A stretch of 63,993 nt of DNA, the filler included, from Basidiobolus ranarum (lineage: Eukaryota): assembly GCA_040143965.1 (NCBI GenBank). It is 6 parts of 6 records of this genome, joined end to end, with 100 filler letters (N's around TTAATTAATTAA, not from the genome) between each part and the next. Parts side by side here need not be neighbours in the genome. Positions count along the whole stretch, not along the records: positions 1 to 10,699 come from JASJQH010007551.1; positions 10,800 to 21,490 come from JASJQH010007552.1; 4 more parts are not named here. The stretch is one strand, 5' to 3'. The notes beneath the pieces are model-generated. The model made no database searches. It saw only the letters and a program-made list of their open reading frames with translations, and was not told the origin of the DNA. Of the stretch, positions 1-14,246 are shown one piece after another. The position numbers and the translations under genes were made by a program. How positions within the stretch are numbered: position 1 is the stretch's first letter; each line of letters opens with the position of its first letter.

Positions 1-1647
1 AATGCCTGGTATAGCCAGGATGACACCAGTTGCGGATTCGATGAAGTGCCATCAAGGACTTGCAGTCTAATACTAACATCAGGCTCGACGATTTAAGGAT
101 GTTCCGCCCGCCGATGACATTGATCATAATTATTATGCATAACAAGACACATTAGATTCACTTCTCCACAATGGAGAATTTTAGATATATAATTGATTTG
201 GCATAATGAATTAAACCTTTGAAACCTTATGCAATGCCTGCAGAATCTCCCATGCCTAGATGTAGGAACGTTATGGAGAATTCGCAAGTGCAAAGTAGAA
301 TCGCAAGTGTTCAATCAATTTCACAATGCAGTAAATGACTGGAGCAAAAAGGGATTACAGCAAATGGGCTGCCACAATTTGCATAATACTCCATGGTTTG
401 TCGACTCTCTATGCTTGATAAAATACCAGATTGAAAACCGTCAAGTCATCTTAACTAACTTTGAAACATGTTTAACTATCTAAACTCAAACACACGTAAG
501 TACTAAGGAAGTGTAAACAATTATTTTTTATCATCAAATGGTCGTTTAAATATTACCTCGCTTTGGAAAAGCTTGTCTCAAGTGAGGGCTTCCAGAGTGG
601 CTATTAGTTTTCCACTTCTTCACTTCATCACTCAGAGCTGCAGATGAATATTCTTTGAGCAATCTAGAGATACCGTATTGGCTAGGTTAGATGTTCCTCT
701 AACTTATAATTTGTCTAATGAATCAGTTCCCAGCACTAGAAAGTGGATCGACGTAAGCACCTAATCTATCTGCCTTCCTCGGCACACAGTGGCACATAAT
801 TTCATATAGAACAACTACCTGATACAGCTTCTAGGAATTTCTTCTCTGGCTAAATGTTGATACACTAACGGCACGTAGACAAATTTAACAAAAACACTTG
901 ATGAGCTGCCCATCTCTCTTAAAACCAGTAGCTCAACGTTTTCATATAGTAAATTAAGTTGCAAATAAATAAAATAATAAAATTAAACTTCCCAGAAGCC
1001 TACTACTCTGGTCTGTTTACTCTTCAAAAGCTTATTGTATGTCAAGCTAACTCTTTAATGTATATTTAAAGGTATATCAAATAATGGAATCTTTGTAACT
1101 TAATTAACTTTGCCTATGAAAGTATATTCTATTCACCAGATACCATAGTTGTTTACTGATGAGTTAAAATATGGTCAAACTTTCAGTAGTTTAACAGCCA
1201 TTCTACACGAACTTAATTAAGCATACTTCGTTTCCGCGCAATCGTGACTGTCTTTTGATGTGCGATTGATTTATCCTGATCTCAATTTAGGGATTGGCTC
1301 GGTCTCAGTAGCAATTTCAAATTTGTTTTGATGAAAAGTAGATCTTGGGTATTGGCATATCAGTCACTATTATTTAAAATCAGCCAGACCAATGATAGGC
1401 CGTATTGTCTGTTTATTCCAGACGCTGCCTTGAAACGAAAAACAAATGCTTCTAACCTCCTCTCACGAATTCCTATTTAGCGTGATTAAAGTCGATCAGC
1501 CTTTGCTCTATTATTCTACTGAATACCGAACTCCAGAGAGTGCCATCATTTTTGTTACTTTTTTAAAAAAGGCTGGTACTCATACTAGTTAATATATTTG
1601 AAGTATTTGCTCGAATTCCTCCCTTTGCTGGCAGCTAAAAAATAGTT

Positions 1648-4600
1648 ATGTCCCTATCTGCAGCTGCAGTCTCGCAATTCAAATCTTTAATATGGTACTC
1701 TTTAGACCACGACCTCAAAGAGAATGCTATATTCTTTGCTGAGAGGTTACACGCTTATGCTACCTTGGACGAAGAGACGCAGTATCTCCTAGCCAAATGT
1801 CTATTTAGGGAAAAGAAATATCTCAGTGCATACCAAGTCTTACGAAGCTCTCCATCCTTTTCCTGTAAATTCTTGCTTGCTAGGTGTTGCCTACACTTGA
1901 ACAAACTAGAAGAAGCAGAAAAGTTACTGCTTTCACTTTTAAACGACGAGAAGATCAAGTATGAAGAATTGAATTTAGGTTAGTTGAAAGTTTCTTGCTC
2001 GAAGTTAATAGTTTATATCTCTTTGGTAGCATTAACACTTGGTATTATATTATAGATAAAATTGATCATCAAAGTCGCTTCTATTTTCCCGACAAAAGTA
2101 TGGTCCATTTTAATCTTGGATTGGTTTATAGGTAATTTAACAATTTATTATTGATTTTCATTAGTATCTCGTCATTAACTGATCATTTATGATAGACAAA
2201 TAGAGCGCCAGACAGAAGCTATCCAACATTTTTCAAAGTGTCTCGAGCTTAATCCGTATCACTGGACCGCTTTCGAGAACATATGTAATATTAAAAATGG
2301 TATATTTATAAGATGTAGATATCCTTTTCACCAAATATTGATATTAATTTATGCCACAGGAACAGACATCGATGTCAATTCCATATTCGATTTAAACAGA
2401 GGCTTTCAAGTAGCTAATTGCTACCACAGCCAGATGGAGAAGCTCGATAGCCAGACTGTTGAAACTCCCCTAGAAAGGGCTAATGAACCCAAGCCAGCCG
2501 TTATTGAAGGTCACGCTAGATCAAGGGCTCCTATCGCTAAAGGGGCAACCAAAAAACCCGCTTTAAATAGGTTAGTTCTGAAGCAATGATACATTTAACT
2601 ATATATATGATAGTTCAATGCTAATCTCTCCCTTACTTAAGTTCAATAATGACTCGATCAAGAAGCAAGATTCCGACCTATACTGGCTCAACCGAAAGCA
2701 AATCTTCATCCACGGAACCTAGCATACGTAAATCTACATTGCCAAAACCTGTGTCTATACACAGTAAGGACGAGCCAAACTCCAATGTGGTCAGAAAGGT
2801 ATTATCTACTTTAACTCAATACAGATTTTATATCAAATTAACGCAATATGTAGAGCTCTAGCACCGCTACCAATAGAATAAGCTCGAATTCTAGTAAGAC
2901 GGTTCCATCTGTCTCAACTAGGGCAACCAGATCCACAACCACCGCAGCGCAAGCTGCACTACCGACAAAAAGATTAGCGCGAGTTACGTCGTCTGTTTCG
3001 AATCCATCAGCTCCAGTGATGAAAAGTAGGCTACCTTCTAAATTGTCAAAGGTTACAAATTCTACCACTACAAATGGTTCCAAAGTAAGTCACTGGCAAT
3101 GCTTAATTTTTTATGAATAATACTTACTCGTTACTTCAGGGTACCAATCCAATTCTACCAGCTCCAAGAACGAAACGAACTCGTCTAGAAACGGAGAAGC
3201 AGCTTGGCAAAACTGAAATGGATAAGAAAGTTCGGGTCGAAGTGGTAATGGCATTTTATTCCTAAGACATTCATACATATCACCTAATCCGGTTTGCCGA
3301 TATTTAGGTTGTCTCTAATTCTACCCATTCCGATCGTAGATTACAGAGTGCAGATCAAAAATCGATTGCTAAAAGGAAGGGTGCTGAAATTGTACTTAAT
3401 TTGTTGCGAAAAATTGGTCAATCTCTCGTCTATTTACGAAGTTATAAATGTGAAAAAGCGCTAGAGTCTTATTCTCTGCTTCCAACCTCACAATTCAACA
3501 CTGGATGGATCCTTTCTTGTGTAGGAAAAGCATATTTTGAACTTGCTAAATATAAAGAGGTAAAGAGTGTTATTTACCAAGCAGTTCTACGCCCTTGAAT
3601 ATGTATTGACAGTTTTTGCTTAGGCAGAAGAGAAGTTTGAGCAAATGAGGCTTGTCGAGCCATATCGATTAGATGGTCTAGAAACATACTCGGCCACTCT
3701 ATGGCATTTACAAAAAGAAGTAGACCTTAGTCATCTCGGTCATGAGTTAATGGATGTGGATAGAGACTCTCCACAAACGTGGTTCGCTGTTGGAAATTGC
3801 TACAGCTTGAGGCAGGAGCATCAATCTGCAATTCGATGCTTCAAACGAGCGATTCAATTAGATCCAAATATGGCGTATGGCCATACATTGTGTGGTCATG
3901 AATATATCTCGATAGAAGAATATGATGATGCCATGACGCACTTCAGACACGCTCTCCGTCTAGATCCAAATCATTATAATGCTTGGTAAGCGAATTTCTA
4001 AACAAAAGTACGAGTGATGCAACTTATTAATGACTTGTATAGGTACGGCATGGGGACAATCGCCCTAAAAACTGACAAGATTCCTACAGCGAAGTATTAC
4101 TTTTCGAAAGCTGTTGGGATTAATCCTACAAACAATGTACTACTCTGTTGTGTTGGCACAGTGAGTATATATAGACGTTACCATCCCACTTCGAGAATAG
4201 CTCATCTAATGTAAGAATACTGATATAGGTTTTGGAAAAATCTGGTAAGCCATCTGAAGCCCTTCGGTGGTACCAAGCTGCTGAAAAGCACAACCCCAGC
4301 AGTCCCTTACCCAAACTGAAAATTGCCAAGATATTAATGGCACTTGGAAAATTTGAGGTGATTGTTTATCAACGAGATTTAATGAAAATATCTTTACTAA
4401 ATTCCCATGATTATTTCCAGGAAGCGTTGCCTCTCTTTCAGCATCTAAAAGAAACCTATCCACAAGAAGCCAGCATTCGATTTTTGATAGGTCAAACACT
4501 CAAAAAATTAGGCAATAGTTCGGACGCTTTAATGGAATTTACTAAAGCACTTGATATGGACTGCAAGAATACCAATGCTATTAGGGATGCCATTGACAAT

Positions 4601-4666
4601 ATTCCAGCTACAGAGAATGATTTTGAAGCGAGTAGCCATGAGGAGGAAACGCTCAAAAATTTTTAA
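1648..4666 (+). CDS. CDC27: Anaphase-promoting complex subunit Cdc27/APC3 (TPR protein), about 12 exons
   Basis: N-terminal Apc3 motif (NAIFFAERLHAY...YLLAKCLFR), Ser/Thr-rich linker, and C-terminal TPRs (EPYRLDGLETYSATLWHL, SPQTWFAVGNCYSL, YGHTLCGHEY, HYNAWYGMG). About 11 GT-AG introns join the ORF pieces (e.g. 1979-2055, 3560-3623, 3986-4042, 4358-4420). Stop TAA ends at 4666. Confidence 0.96.
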
Positions 4667-6287
4667 CTTGTAGATTTTTTGGTTCCGCATGCTCTTTTCA
4701 TATTTGTAGTTATCTTATTTCATTTCGCCTTATGTTACACATCCTCCTTCATTTCTCATCTTCAATCGTTCGTAGACGCATCTCTTTATTCCTTCTTCCT
4801 TATAACGTGAGACTTCCAAACGTACTCAGAGGCTGACTTATTCAACGAGCAACCTTTTGTCTGCGCCAATAAGAAGTTGGACTAAGCATTCGGGAAGTCT
4901 CTATTTGCGACTTAGCATTTAGTATCATTACATTGTGTATATTAAGAAAAGTTTAGCAACTGTATTTTTCCTTTCGATTCCTTTTGATTTAGATTTATGA
5001 TCTGACTGCTCTTTGCGATCTAGTACTGCATACCTGATATATTTAAGTTTGAGAATTTTGGATTACTTGCAAAGCAATAAATTTGATAGATCATCTTAAT
5101 CTAGCACATCTAATAAAAGGAAATCATCCCTAATTTCTCGGAGGATTCACTTGGTGCACTCATATCGTTATATATGCAGTTTCGTTTCAGATACCCATCA
5201 TTCTAGTTTAATCACCAAAGCATTTAACCGACCAGTAACGTGGTGGAGGATATCGAAGGTACTCTTCAACCTTGAGTGAAATGGAGAAAGGGCCAAGCTA
5301 CAGATATGTTGGGTGATGGTATATTTGAGAGAATCGACTACTTTCACTAGTTCTAGTTAAATGCAGCATGAATGAAATAAATCCTAGCGATTACCCGATG
5401 TCTGCTTTAGTGAATTTCGTCTGACGTGTTAGTTTTATGTATTATGTTGGTAACTACATGAACACGAGCAAGTGTTAACTAATGCTTGTTTCTGCAATAA
5501 GTAGCAGCTATCATATTTCTGTCTTGATAGAATGAGTTTCAACCCAGCTGTACCCCGAATATGAAGGCATAAATCGAATCAGGGACAACACCTAGCCTGC
5601 AGTTTAACAATCCCATATTGTAAAGTTTTATATGGTATCTTTGCATAATAATCCTACTCCTTAACACTTCTGCATTAGGTCAGTAACTCCAATGAATATC
5701 AGCGTAATAAATGGAATATTGTAACTGTCACTACTCTTCAATGATTGCTCAGTTGTCGAGTTGGGTTAATCCAATAGTAGTTGAAGTATCATAACAGCAC
5801 TTGGATAACCATGACTTCCTCATCTTCCACTGCAATGCTAATGCAGCTGGAATCTTCTTTAGATGTACCATGATCGTGCCCAAAATCCATAGTAACAAGA
5901 TTGTATCTAGCCATTGCTAGTGGAATGACTACACAGGTAGTTGATGAAATCAGATGAGGGCTTCAAGAATCCTTTCCAGCATCAAATTCACCTAAAATAA
6001 ATAATTGAAATGACATATCTGAAACAGTTGAAAATACTTGGCTTGAAATAGGTGACATCAGTGATCTACTTGGCTGATACTCTAACATGGTTTAGAAGAA
6101 TAGTTAATTCGATATTAACCCTTGATTATTATATTTTCAGAAATGGATAAAGTATGATTAATTCATTATCTCTATATTTATGCTCCAAATTATTTTTAGT
6201 TCAATACCAAAATACTACCATACTAAAATTACAATATTTATATGTTGAATAATTCAGAATTAGCCAAGTAGAATATGTAGTGTATAG

Positions 6288-6599
6288 TGTTGAAGTATTT
6301 TATGAGTTGTTGGTAGTGGTGTGGAGAAGTAGAAGAGTTGGTGGTCATCGCTTGATGATTTATTTAGTGTAAGTTGACATTTATGCTTTTGTCAATAAGT
6401 AGACAAACAAATGTGTAGAATATGTTCAGCAAGGTTCCAGAAACATGTGTACAAGGTTTGGAGACTTTTGAACAAGTTTGAGAACTTCCAACTTGGTCTC
6501 AGTATTGAGCGTAAATGAAGATATCTCACAATAACATAGTGAAATATAGGTAGCTAGCTATGTGACTATATAGATGCTTAAGCTATGTCATTGTCAATA
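6288..6599 (-). mobile_element. Solo LTR, Ty1/copia family A (diverged)
   Basis: TGTTGAAG...TGTCAATA, colinear with the PPT-flanked LTR at 52436-52769. Flanked by an imperfect 5-bp target-site duplication TATAG/CATAG. Confidence 0.8.
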
Positions 6600-9500
6600 C
6601 ATAGAACCCAATATTATATTGCATACTCTAATAAGATCCATGAAGATAGCATTCTTAAATATCGTATGAAAGATATGTGTAGGTATATTGGCCAATTTAG
6701 AGCAGACAATTAGAAGAGTATAAGAAAAGTAGAAACAAACAAATTAAGATATCTATGCTAAGATGAGATAAATATTATAGACCTTGAATGCATATAATCC
6801 AAGTATGAACTAAGCGTCAAGATAAACGCTCACATTCAATGCTATCCAAACTCAACATACAATTGCCTATCTTACAGCGCAGGGGAAACAATCTATCCTG
6901 ATGGTTACCATGAAAAGTAGAAATGCTATAGTTCTTGTCAATACCAAAATATTGTAACACAATTACTCCATTGCTTCAAGGTTTCTGGATAGATTCGGTT
7001 TTTAAGAGAATGCTTAGGTATAAAGCACTAACAGCGTACTTAAAACAAACTGTACAATTATATCCTCATGATTACTCATGGAAGGCAAGACATAAATTGC
7101 TGAGTGAGGGGCTGTCTAGGAAATTAATTATAAATGTACCGATAGTAACCTAATAAATAATATGAGCGATACAAAAGCAGTCACTATCTATATTTCAGCA
7201 GTTGCTTGTATTTGCAAAAGGATGATTGCAATCAAGTACTTAAATAATAATATAGTATGTAATACTGTAGATTTTAATCTATTTCAGACATACCTCAGTA
7301 GTATTGCGAAGAGGAAACATCCCACAGTTCCCCAAGCCTATCTTTGAGCCTTTTATATCATGTGAATATTTTTGTTATTCCAATTCATAATTGATATGTG
7401 TGTTAAGGCTTATTTTCTCTTTAATGGAATTAAGTGTAACTTATATACTTGCAATTATTCTAAAATATTTCTATAATTCCCAAATACTTAAAATAAATAA
7501 AGCATTCTTTCATCTCTCAGTGGGTAAACTTCAAGGAAGTGATATCCAAATATTTGTTCATTAAAATCACCACTTGGCCATGCAATGAGGTATGCACTTA
7601 ATATTGATGCAGAATGGTTTAAACCTTGAGCGAATGCTATCGGAGAATCAGAATTTGTATATAATTCCGATTGGCGCACCCTAGCATATAATCATTCTAT
7701 TTGAGAATGGTTTCCTGTAATGAACTATCTTCTCAAGCATTTTCTCCGGAACTATCAATGAAGCAAACCTAGTATGCCAAGATTTCGTGACACTGAGCAC
7801 TAGCCTACTTGTAATTGCCTGGTCTGGAGACTCGATAGAGCATCGATATAAATCTGGGCCCCATGCTGGATTTCTCAATCACCACTGATTAATAGCAACC
7901 ATCTCCTTTGAAACCTGCAGAGACCAGGGCGCTAAACTCAAAAATCAACTGACACTGGAATTAGGTAGAATAACCGGTAACTGGATGGTTATTGCTTCAG
8001 ATAATTGTACTTGTTTAATGACACTTCAACAGCACATGATCTATTGGAAATGGCCATTAATCTGCACCATGGAAGATCCAATCAGAGATGAGTGATATAC
8101 TGCTAATGGGCTTCGATTGAGTAAGTAGAATTACTCAATTTTGAACATTCAATTAACTGGAATTTAAGAGAGTGGTTGGATAGTTCGACCTCAGAGACCA
8201 AACAGACACTTAGAGATTTTTCCAAACTCCATTCTAGAATCGTAACTATATTATCCTACGGTTAGTTTTCTGTTAAATCTCCCCTTTATTACGACATTTC
8301 GCCATTTATTTCCGATTCACTTTGAACTACACATACTTATAAACTGATTAGGCTGAAGACTCAGGTCCAAGGTCCCCATGGCTTGTAATCGGACAAAGGG
8401 TCTAGAAATCCAAGGGAGGAATATGATATCATACTACTTTTTTTAATGGTGACTCAAGACCCTGTTTAGTATATTTGAATTAGACGTACAAAGTAAATTG
8501 AAAACCGCTCTAGACACCGGATGAAATAGGTATTCTCTGATAGTAAGCACTTGGATTATTATGGTAACCAGAGATGGTTTTGGCAAGTTGTTCATTCGAA
8601 TTTTATATCCAAATGCATGTTGTTCCACAATAAGTCATTCAATCCCCTAAAAAGTAAAAAATAACAAGTGAGGGGGTGACAAATCGAATCTCATCCGTGC
8701 CTAGTAGCAGGAATTGCGTAGGTGACTTCGTTTGATCTTTTTCTGGATGCAGAGGGCGGTATCTTTGTGCAGTTACCTATAAAAGAGAGAACAGAGAGAT
8801 TCAATATTTAGCTAGAGCGTATCAGCGAACGAAATCTATTATTAGCGAATTTCAAAATAATTAGTGTGCTAGAACTACCTGATTAGGTAATATTTAATAG
8901 GATTCATTTGAATGCATCCAATCCAATGTGAATTTGGCGCTATTTCGTGGAGGCAATGACCGCTTTAAAGGTATTACTATTCAGGGTTTTGAGGGGATTT
9001 TGGAACGGAAATACACTCACTAGATCGCGGATTATGATAGACTACATACAGGGAAATCTTAGGGTGTAAGCTTAGGCGCCACAAGAAAGTTATTTAAAGG
9101 GCTGTACTTTAATAGATTTACGAAATCACATCGCTACCACAATTTTATCCCAAAAGGTGAGAACAAAAGATTGTAATCAATTGCAATGATAATGATAACG
9201 CGTTTGGGTGAAATACACCTGATCCTACCATATTAGGTATTCGGCAAGATCCAGTGCTCTTGAATACTGGAGCAATTTGTGCTTTGTATATATCGTTGTA
9301 TATCTAAAAAGAAATTGCAAGATACTAGTACTATATTGATATTCCAGGCCGGGTTTTCGTACAGTTTGAGTTGACTAAGCCATATGTTTGTTTACTATCA
9401 AATGTAGAGGCCGGTTAACGCATTCTTTTGTTTATGGTAGTTGCAATGGGCAACAATTGCCCATCATTGTTGCGCTGAAGGTCTCCTAAATCTAACGGGA

Positions 9501-9897
9501 AATGTTTCCACAATTAACTCTAACGGCGATACAATTATGTTGAGCTTTAAACTTAAATCTGCATTGAGTTTGTATATCAATTTAGCGTCTATTGCAGTTT
9601 TTGCTTAACTCATTCTACCTACCATTAATTAGATCATAGGACTAGAGAAACTCTCCATAGTGTGATTACAATCACTATTTGAGACCGGGCCAATGAAGCC
9701 ACCGGGCCTATTAATTATTTGGGCGAGAAATAATGAGTTCAGCCTCAATGGTGGTTTCCGTATTTAATTCCGGAAACCTATGATTTGTTATTATTAGTGA
9801 TAGCTAATCCTGGCACTCAACCCCAAAGAGGAAAAATTGATTGTAAGAATAATAAAATGTAAACTATATTTATGCTGAGAGTGTGCAGCTTGGTTCC

Positions 9898-9904
9898 TAT
9901 AAAA
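9898..9904 (+). promoter_or_regulatory. Putative TATA box of the CE4 gene
   Basis: TATAAAA about 70 nt upstream of the ATG at 9968. Confidence 0.4.
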
Positions 9905-9967
9905 GCATCAGATGTAAGATGAAAGCTCAGTATCGTTTCTTCTTGCACATCTTTTCATCATATAGTC

Positions 9968-10699
9968 ATGATCTCTCTATTGTCAAAGTTCAGCGTCATT
10001 TTACTATCCTTGGCATTGGTTAGAGACTCTGTAACAGCTTACAGTTGTGATCCTGCCAGCTGTGTCCTTCCAAAATGCAATTGTGCATCCACCAACCCAC
10101 CTGGGGGTATTTCCAATGCAAATGCTCCACAATTTGTGACCATCACGTTTGATGATGCTATTCAAGCATACACTTACCCTGCAGCCCTTGATGTGCTTAC
10201 GAGCCATAAGAATCCTAACGGGTGCCCTGCTCTCGGAACCTTTTATGTGAGCACACAATACACTGACTATCAATTAGTCACACAGTTGTACGGCCAGGGG
10301 CATGAAATCGCATGTCATACTATGAACCATGTTGGAGATCCATCCAAGGAAGAAATGGGCGGATCTCGTCTGGCTATTAACTCCTTCGCAGGAATTCCCA
10401 GGGGAAAGTTGACTGGATTCCGGGCACCCTTTCTCAATTATTCGTTGAATACATTCAAGAACGCTGCAGAGCTTGGGTTTGAATATGACTCAAGCTTAAC
10501 TGCCTTAGATACAGATTCATTCTGGCCATACACTTTGGATAACGGTATAAATAACGACTGTTACTCGGGAGTTTGCGATCCCAATCTCAAGCTACCAGGA
10601 TTCTGGGAGGTTCCGATGTATGCAATTATGGACCGAGTTACTCCACATCTTATGGAGCCTAATTTGGACTCCAAGCCAGAGACAGTCTTGCAATGGTTG
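9968..10699 (+). CDS. Secreted polysaccharide/chitin deacetylase (CE4, NodB homology), 3'-truncated by contig end
   Basis: Signal peptide, then CDPASCVLPKCNCAS. CE4 motifs PQFVTITFDDAI, HEIACHTMNH, GFRAPFL, FEYDSS, WPYTLD, FWEVPM. Confidence 0.92.
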
Positions 10700-10799
10700 N
10701 NNNNNNNNNNNNNNNNNNNNNNNNNNNNNNNNNNNNNNNNNNNTTAATTAATTAANNNNNNNNNNNNNNNNNNNNNNNNNNNNNNNNNNNNNNNNNNNN
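10700..10799. other. Artificial contig linker (N44-TTAATTAATTAA-N44)
   Basis: Exactly 100 bp; the 12-mer places stops in all six frames. Identical at five sites. Confidence 0.98.
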
Positions 10800-11443
10800 T
10801 TCGGTTTGGACTTGGTATGCGTAACCTTCGATTTTTTACCAGGCCTCTCCGCATGTTGAGTTCTAGACGGACGATGGTGTTTAGAAGAAGTTTTTGTTGC
10901 ACGGTGTCTGGGTTTACTATGGAGAGGTGTGGAAGTTGTCTTTTGAGTTGATGTTACACAAATGGACATGGGGTTAGATTTGTCAAATTTGTGGTGGTTC
11001 AACTGGCCTAAAGATACATCGAAAATGGATTAGATTAATTAGATCAATTTAGTGGCAAATTACTGCTCAACGAAACATATTACTCCCCCTCAACTGTGAT
11101 CAAACTCAATTAAAATCACGAGAAAAAGTGAAGGGTATTAATAGACATGATAAAGGAGAACAGCCAAATTAAAACTTAAAACGAAGCAAACGGACGTTGA
11201 AGCCCCGAAAAGGGAATACTTACCCAACTTTATGCAAGAAACTTCCAGACCAATAGATGGCTCCGAGCAATCATTGGGGCAAGGTTTATTTGCTTTGCAT
11301 TCTTTGCTGCATGCTACTTGTTGAGCCTGGATTGTGGTCAAGACCAAAAGACTTATCAAGAGTACAAGCAAATACGTGATTCTCGAAGTACCGTTATGTG
11401 ACCATCTTATTGTCGTGTGTTCTCCTCTGACAGTTGGTTTCAT
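10800..11443 (-). CDS. Secreted or membrane-anchored protein with a Cys-rich N-terminal module and a Thr/Ser/Lys/His-rich region, 3'-truncated
   Basis: Hydrophobic leader LLVLLISLLVLTTIQA, then CSKECKANKPCPNDC...SCIKL. GTAAGT donor at 11223 splices in frame to the TTTAG acceptor (exon from 11007: GQLNHHKFDKSNPMSICV...). A micro-exon within the intron is not excluded. Confidence 0.6.
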
Positions 11444-12878
11444 TTTTCAATTGAAGGGTAGACAGGTTGTTCTGATGGTTTGAAAGATAATACTATTTCA
11501 AGCCAGGTGTTGTTGTGGATAAGAAGTGATCAGGTTAGTGAGTGGAAAAGTTGGCATTTTTAAAGGAAGTTAAGAACCTGAATAACGAATCAACATTAAG
11601 TGTCAGTATTGTCTTTTAAACTGAGTAAATGCTCTATAGTCGCTGTTTATGGTCACCAGGACACGAGCGCTCTATGAACAGGGAATGTGTAGTATTGGCG
11701 CTGCTGATGTCCAAATATTCAGGATGTAGCTATCAAAATACAGAGAGATTCGATAGACGGAATGAAAAGAAGAGAAACCACTCGCCTGCAAGGATGCGAG
11801 AGACAATATATAAGATATTCCATCTTCTCACATATCTCTGGTTGCACACGAAATCCGTGATAATTGCTAAGCATGAGAATATATTACTTTGGTATTGATT
11901 CCGGGTAAATCCAGATTATGATCAGTCATAAATCCTCGAGCCCAGCTAGAGACTCTGGATGGGGAACTTTAGATTAGCACTTTTTTGATTGAATCGAGAG
12001 TTCGATTCGCTCATTGACCGTAGTACGATATTCTATTTAAATCTATGGAATCTGGCTTGCCTACAAGAGCGTGGATTTGTCAGAACCTGGCCCATGGCAA
12101 TGATACCAACGAAGGCTGGCCCTTGAACGAAAACACCGCCAACGATGGATGCGGAGAAGTAGACACCCCAATGCTGCTTGAGCTGTCTACTGTAGGAAAG
12201 CGACGCTTCAGATCACTGTTGTTTCACGACACCGCCGTTTTTTCAGGTGCAGCCAGGATTTAATATCCCACTGAAATACAACCAAAGCATATATTGCAAA
12301 TCAGTTCAAATAAGTCCAACCAAAACTGGTAACTAATCACTGACTGCATCACCAATAGCTGCAACACTTAGGTTGATGAGGAAGTGCTAATTATTGTATA
12401 GCTTAGCGCAACTCGCATGAAACATTGGAGAAGTCTTACCATCAAAGCGATACCACATATGAAAGCGGATCCTACGAATCATTCGGCGATCCCGACCCAT
12501 ACGATACCTTCCTTAGAGGTACAGCAGTTGCCATTACAGGAACTCTGCAACAATATGGTGCTGCTGATGGATTAACTGAGGTACTAGTATGAACATGCCC
12601 CTCTCGACCTGGTTGGCTCAGGTTGCTGTAAATAGCCAGTTGCTCTGTAGCAACTAAATATAGGATCTATATCTATCATGATGAAAAAGGGAGCACGAGT
12701 ATCTTCAGGAATTTGCCTTTCATGGATCCTCAACTAGCAGCTAACTCTAACCTTAAATTGATTGATTACAGATGTCTAGTCATTGAAGAAGGAGCACTAG
12801 ACACTGATAGACTCTACAGATCGACTCCTTGGCTAGCACATAGCTTGGCAGCCTCCACCCCCACTACGGCCCATATCA

Positions 12879-13470
12879 TAGTTCAACCATGAGCAACCTC
12901 CGGGTCATGTTCTATGGCCATGTAGCATTGATGGTGCTTAAACGAAAGAAAGCTATGTTGTTTTCTTACATTAATCCCGTTTAGCTAGACAAAATCAGTA
13001 ATCTGTATTAAGAAGATTCCCGTAGTATTGTACCGCCACAAGCTTAATCCAATTTCCCTAATTTGCAGTGTCGCTATATTTAACTCATCAATACCACACA
13101 AATAGGGTGTCCCGGCTGCCACTACTTGATGTATTGTGCAGGACCCGGACCTGATTTACGCCAAATCCTATGCGCCCTTGTAATCATCATGGATTTTGTT
13201 GAATTCCCAATCCTGAGTAGTCTTTTGTGTGTGGCAAGCCTAATGACCATCTCTTCTCCGTCTTGTTTAATATTTTTATCGCCACATAGTACTTGAAGTG
13301 GCTCCTGAAGCCATCACAACTAGTGGCCATTCATGCTTTACAGTCCTGATACAACTGGCAGCTTCCTTTCCCACTGTCGCACATACACTCACTGCAAAGA
13401 TATAGCTACTTGCCTATGTATGGAAATATGTTGCGACCAAAAGTGGGCATCTTTCTAAATTGCGATCATA
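12879..13470 (+). pseudogene. Heavily decayed tandem CCHC zinc-knuckle gene (CNBP/Gis2/Byr3-like)
   Basis: Broken knuckle-like segments in order: *FNHEQPPGHVLWPC..*TKES, C-A-G-P(D/H), FVCGKPNDHL, S*YNWQLP, KSGHLSK. Many stops and frameshifts. Confidence 0.4.
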
Positions 13471-14246
13471 CTCATCAGTAGAAGATAAAGTAGCTATCAC
13501 ACTACAGGTTTTGGAACCTGCTCTTAGTAAATTTCATATTTGCACATCGATTGCAATTAAGACTTCTTATTTAGGTCAATTTATGAAATTAGCAACTCAG
13601 CCATTTTTTAAGGGGGTTCTTTAATTGTTACTACTAACTATAGCTTCATTCCCTCCACCAAGTGCGCATACAATTTTAAAAAACCTCTTCCAAATCAGTC
13701 ACACCTCAACTATCCAATAGGATTAACTAAGATTGATGAATGATGGGAGAAGGGGGATTGAGTTTTATATACATACAATTTTGCTAAACATCTTCCCCAG
13801 AGTGAGGTCTTGCTTCTAAAGAAAGGTTTCTTCGAAAAGGTGGCTTGATTCAGTCGCAACTCAAAATCAAGCGAACACCTCCCCCTGGAGAATAAAATGG
13901 TTCAATAACTGCTGTTAGATCTTAACCAACCAATCAGTAATGGGGTTGATTATGAAGAAGTAAAAAAGTGCAGGGAAAGGTAGAAAAGGAATTTCTACTG
14001 GATGAAAATAATGATTTACAACAAAGTGATTTCTCAGGTGTTTTGAGGGTAAAGAAAGGGGGTCACCAGCTCGTACAGATTGTGTTGGATAAAAGAAGGC
14101 ATAAAGGAATGTTTTGCATGTACAAAGCTGAAACTTCGCATTCGCGTAGGTGTTCGTGGGTTAAGTGTATGAAGAAAATGGAGGGCTTATGGCCTACACA
14201 GAATGCGAGTTGTAAGAAAACGGTGTTTTGTAATCAGATTTGTGAT

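Noticed and set aside
1-8250. Fragmentary ORFs at 1-483, 5600-6090 and 7488-8200 as genes
   Set aside because: They are interrupted by stops and have no recognisable motif. They are probably decayed repeat or pseudogene sequence that I cannot classify.
10744-10755. TTAATTAATTAA palindrome recurring every ~10.8 kb as a biological periodic element
   Set aside because: It is always centred in exactly 44+44 Ns, so it is a six-frame-stop assembly linker.
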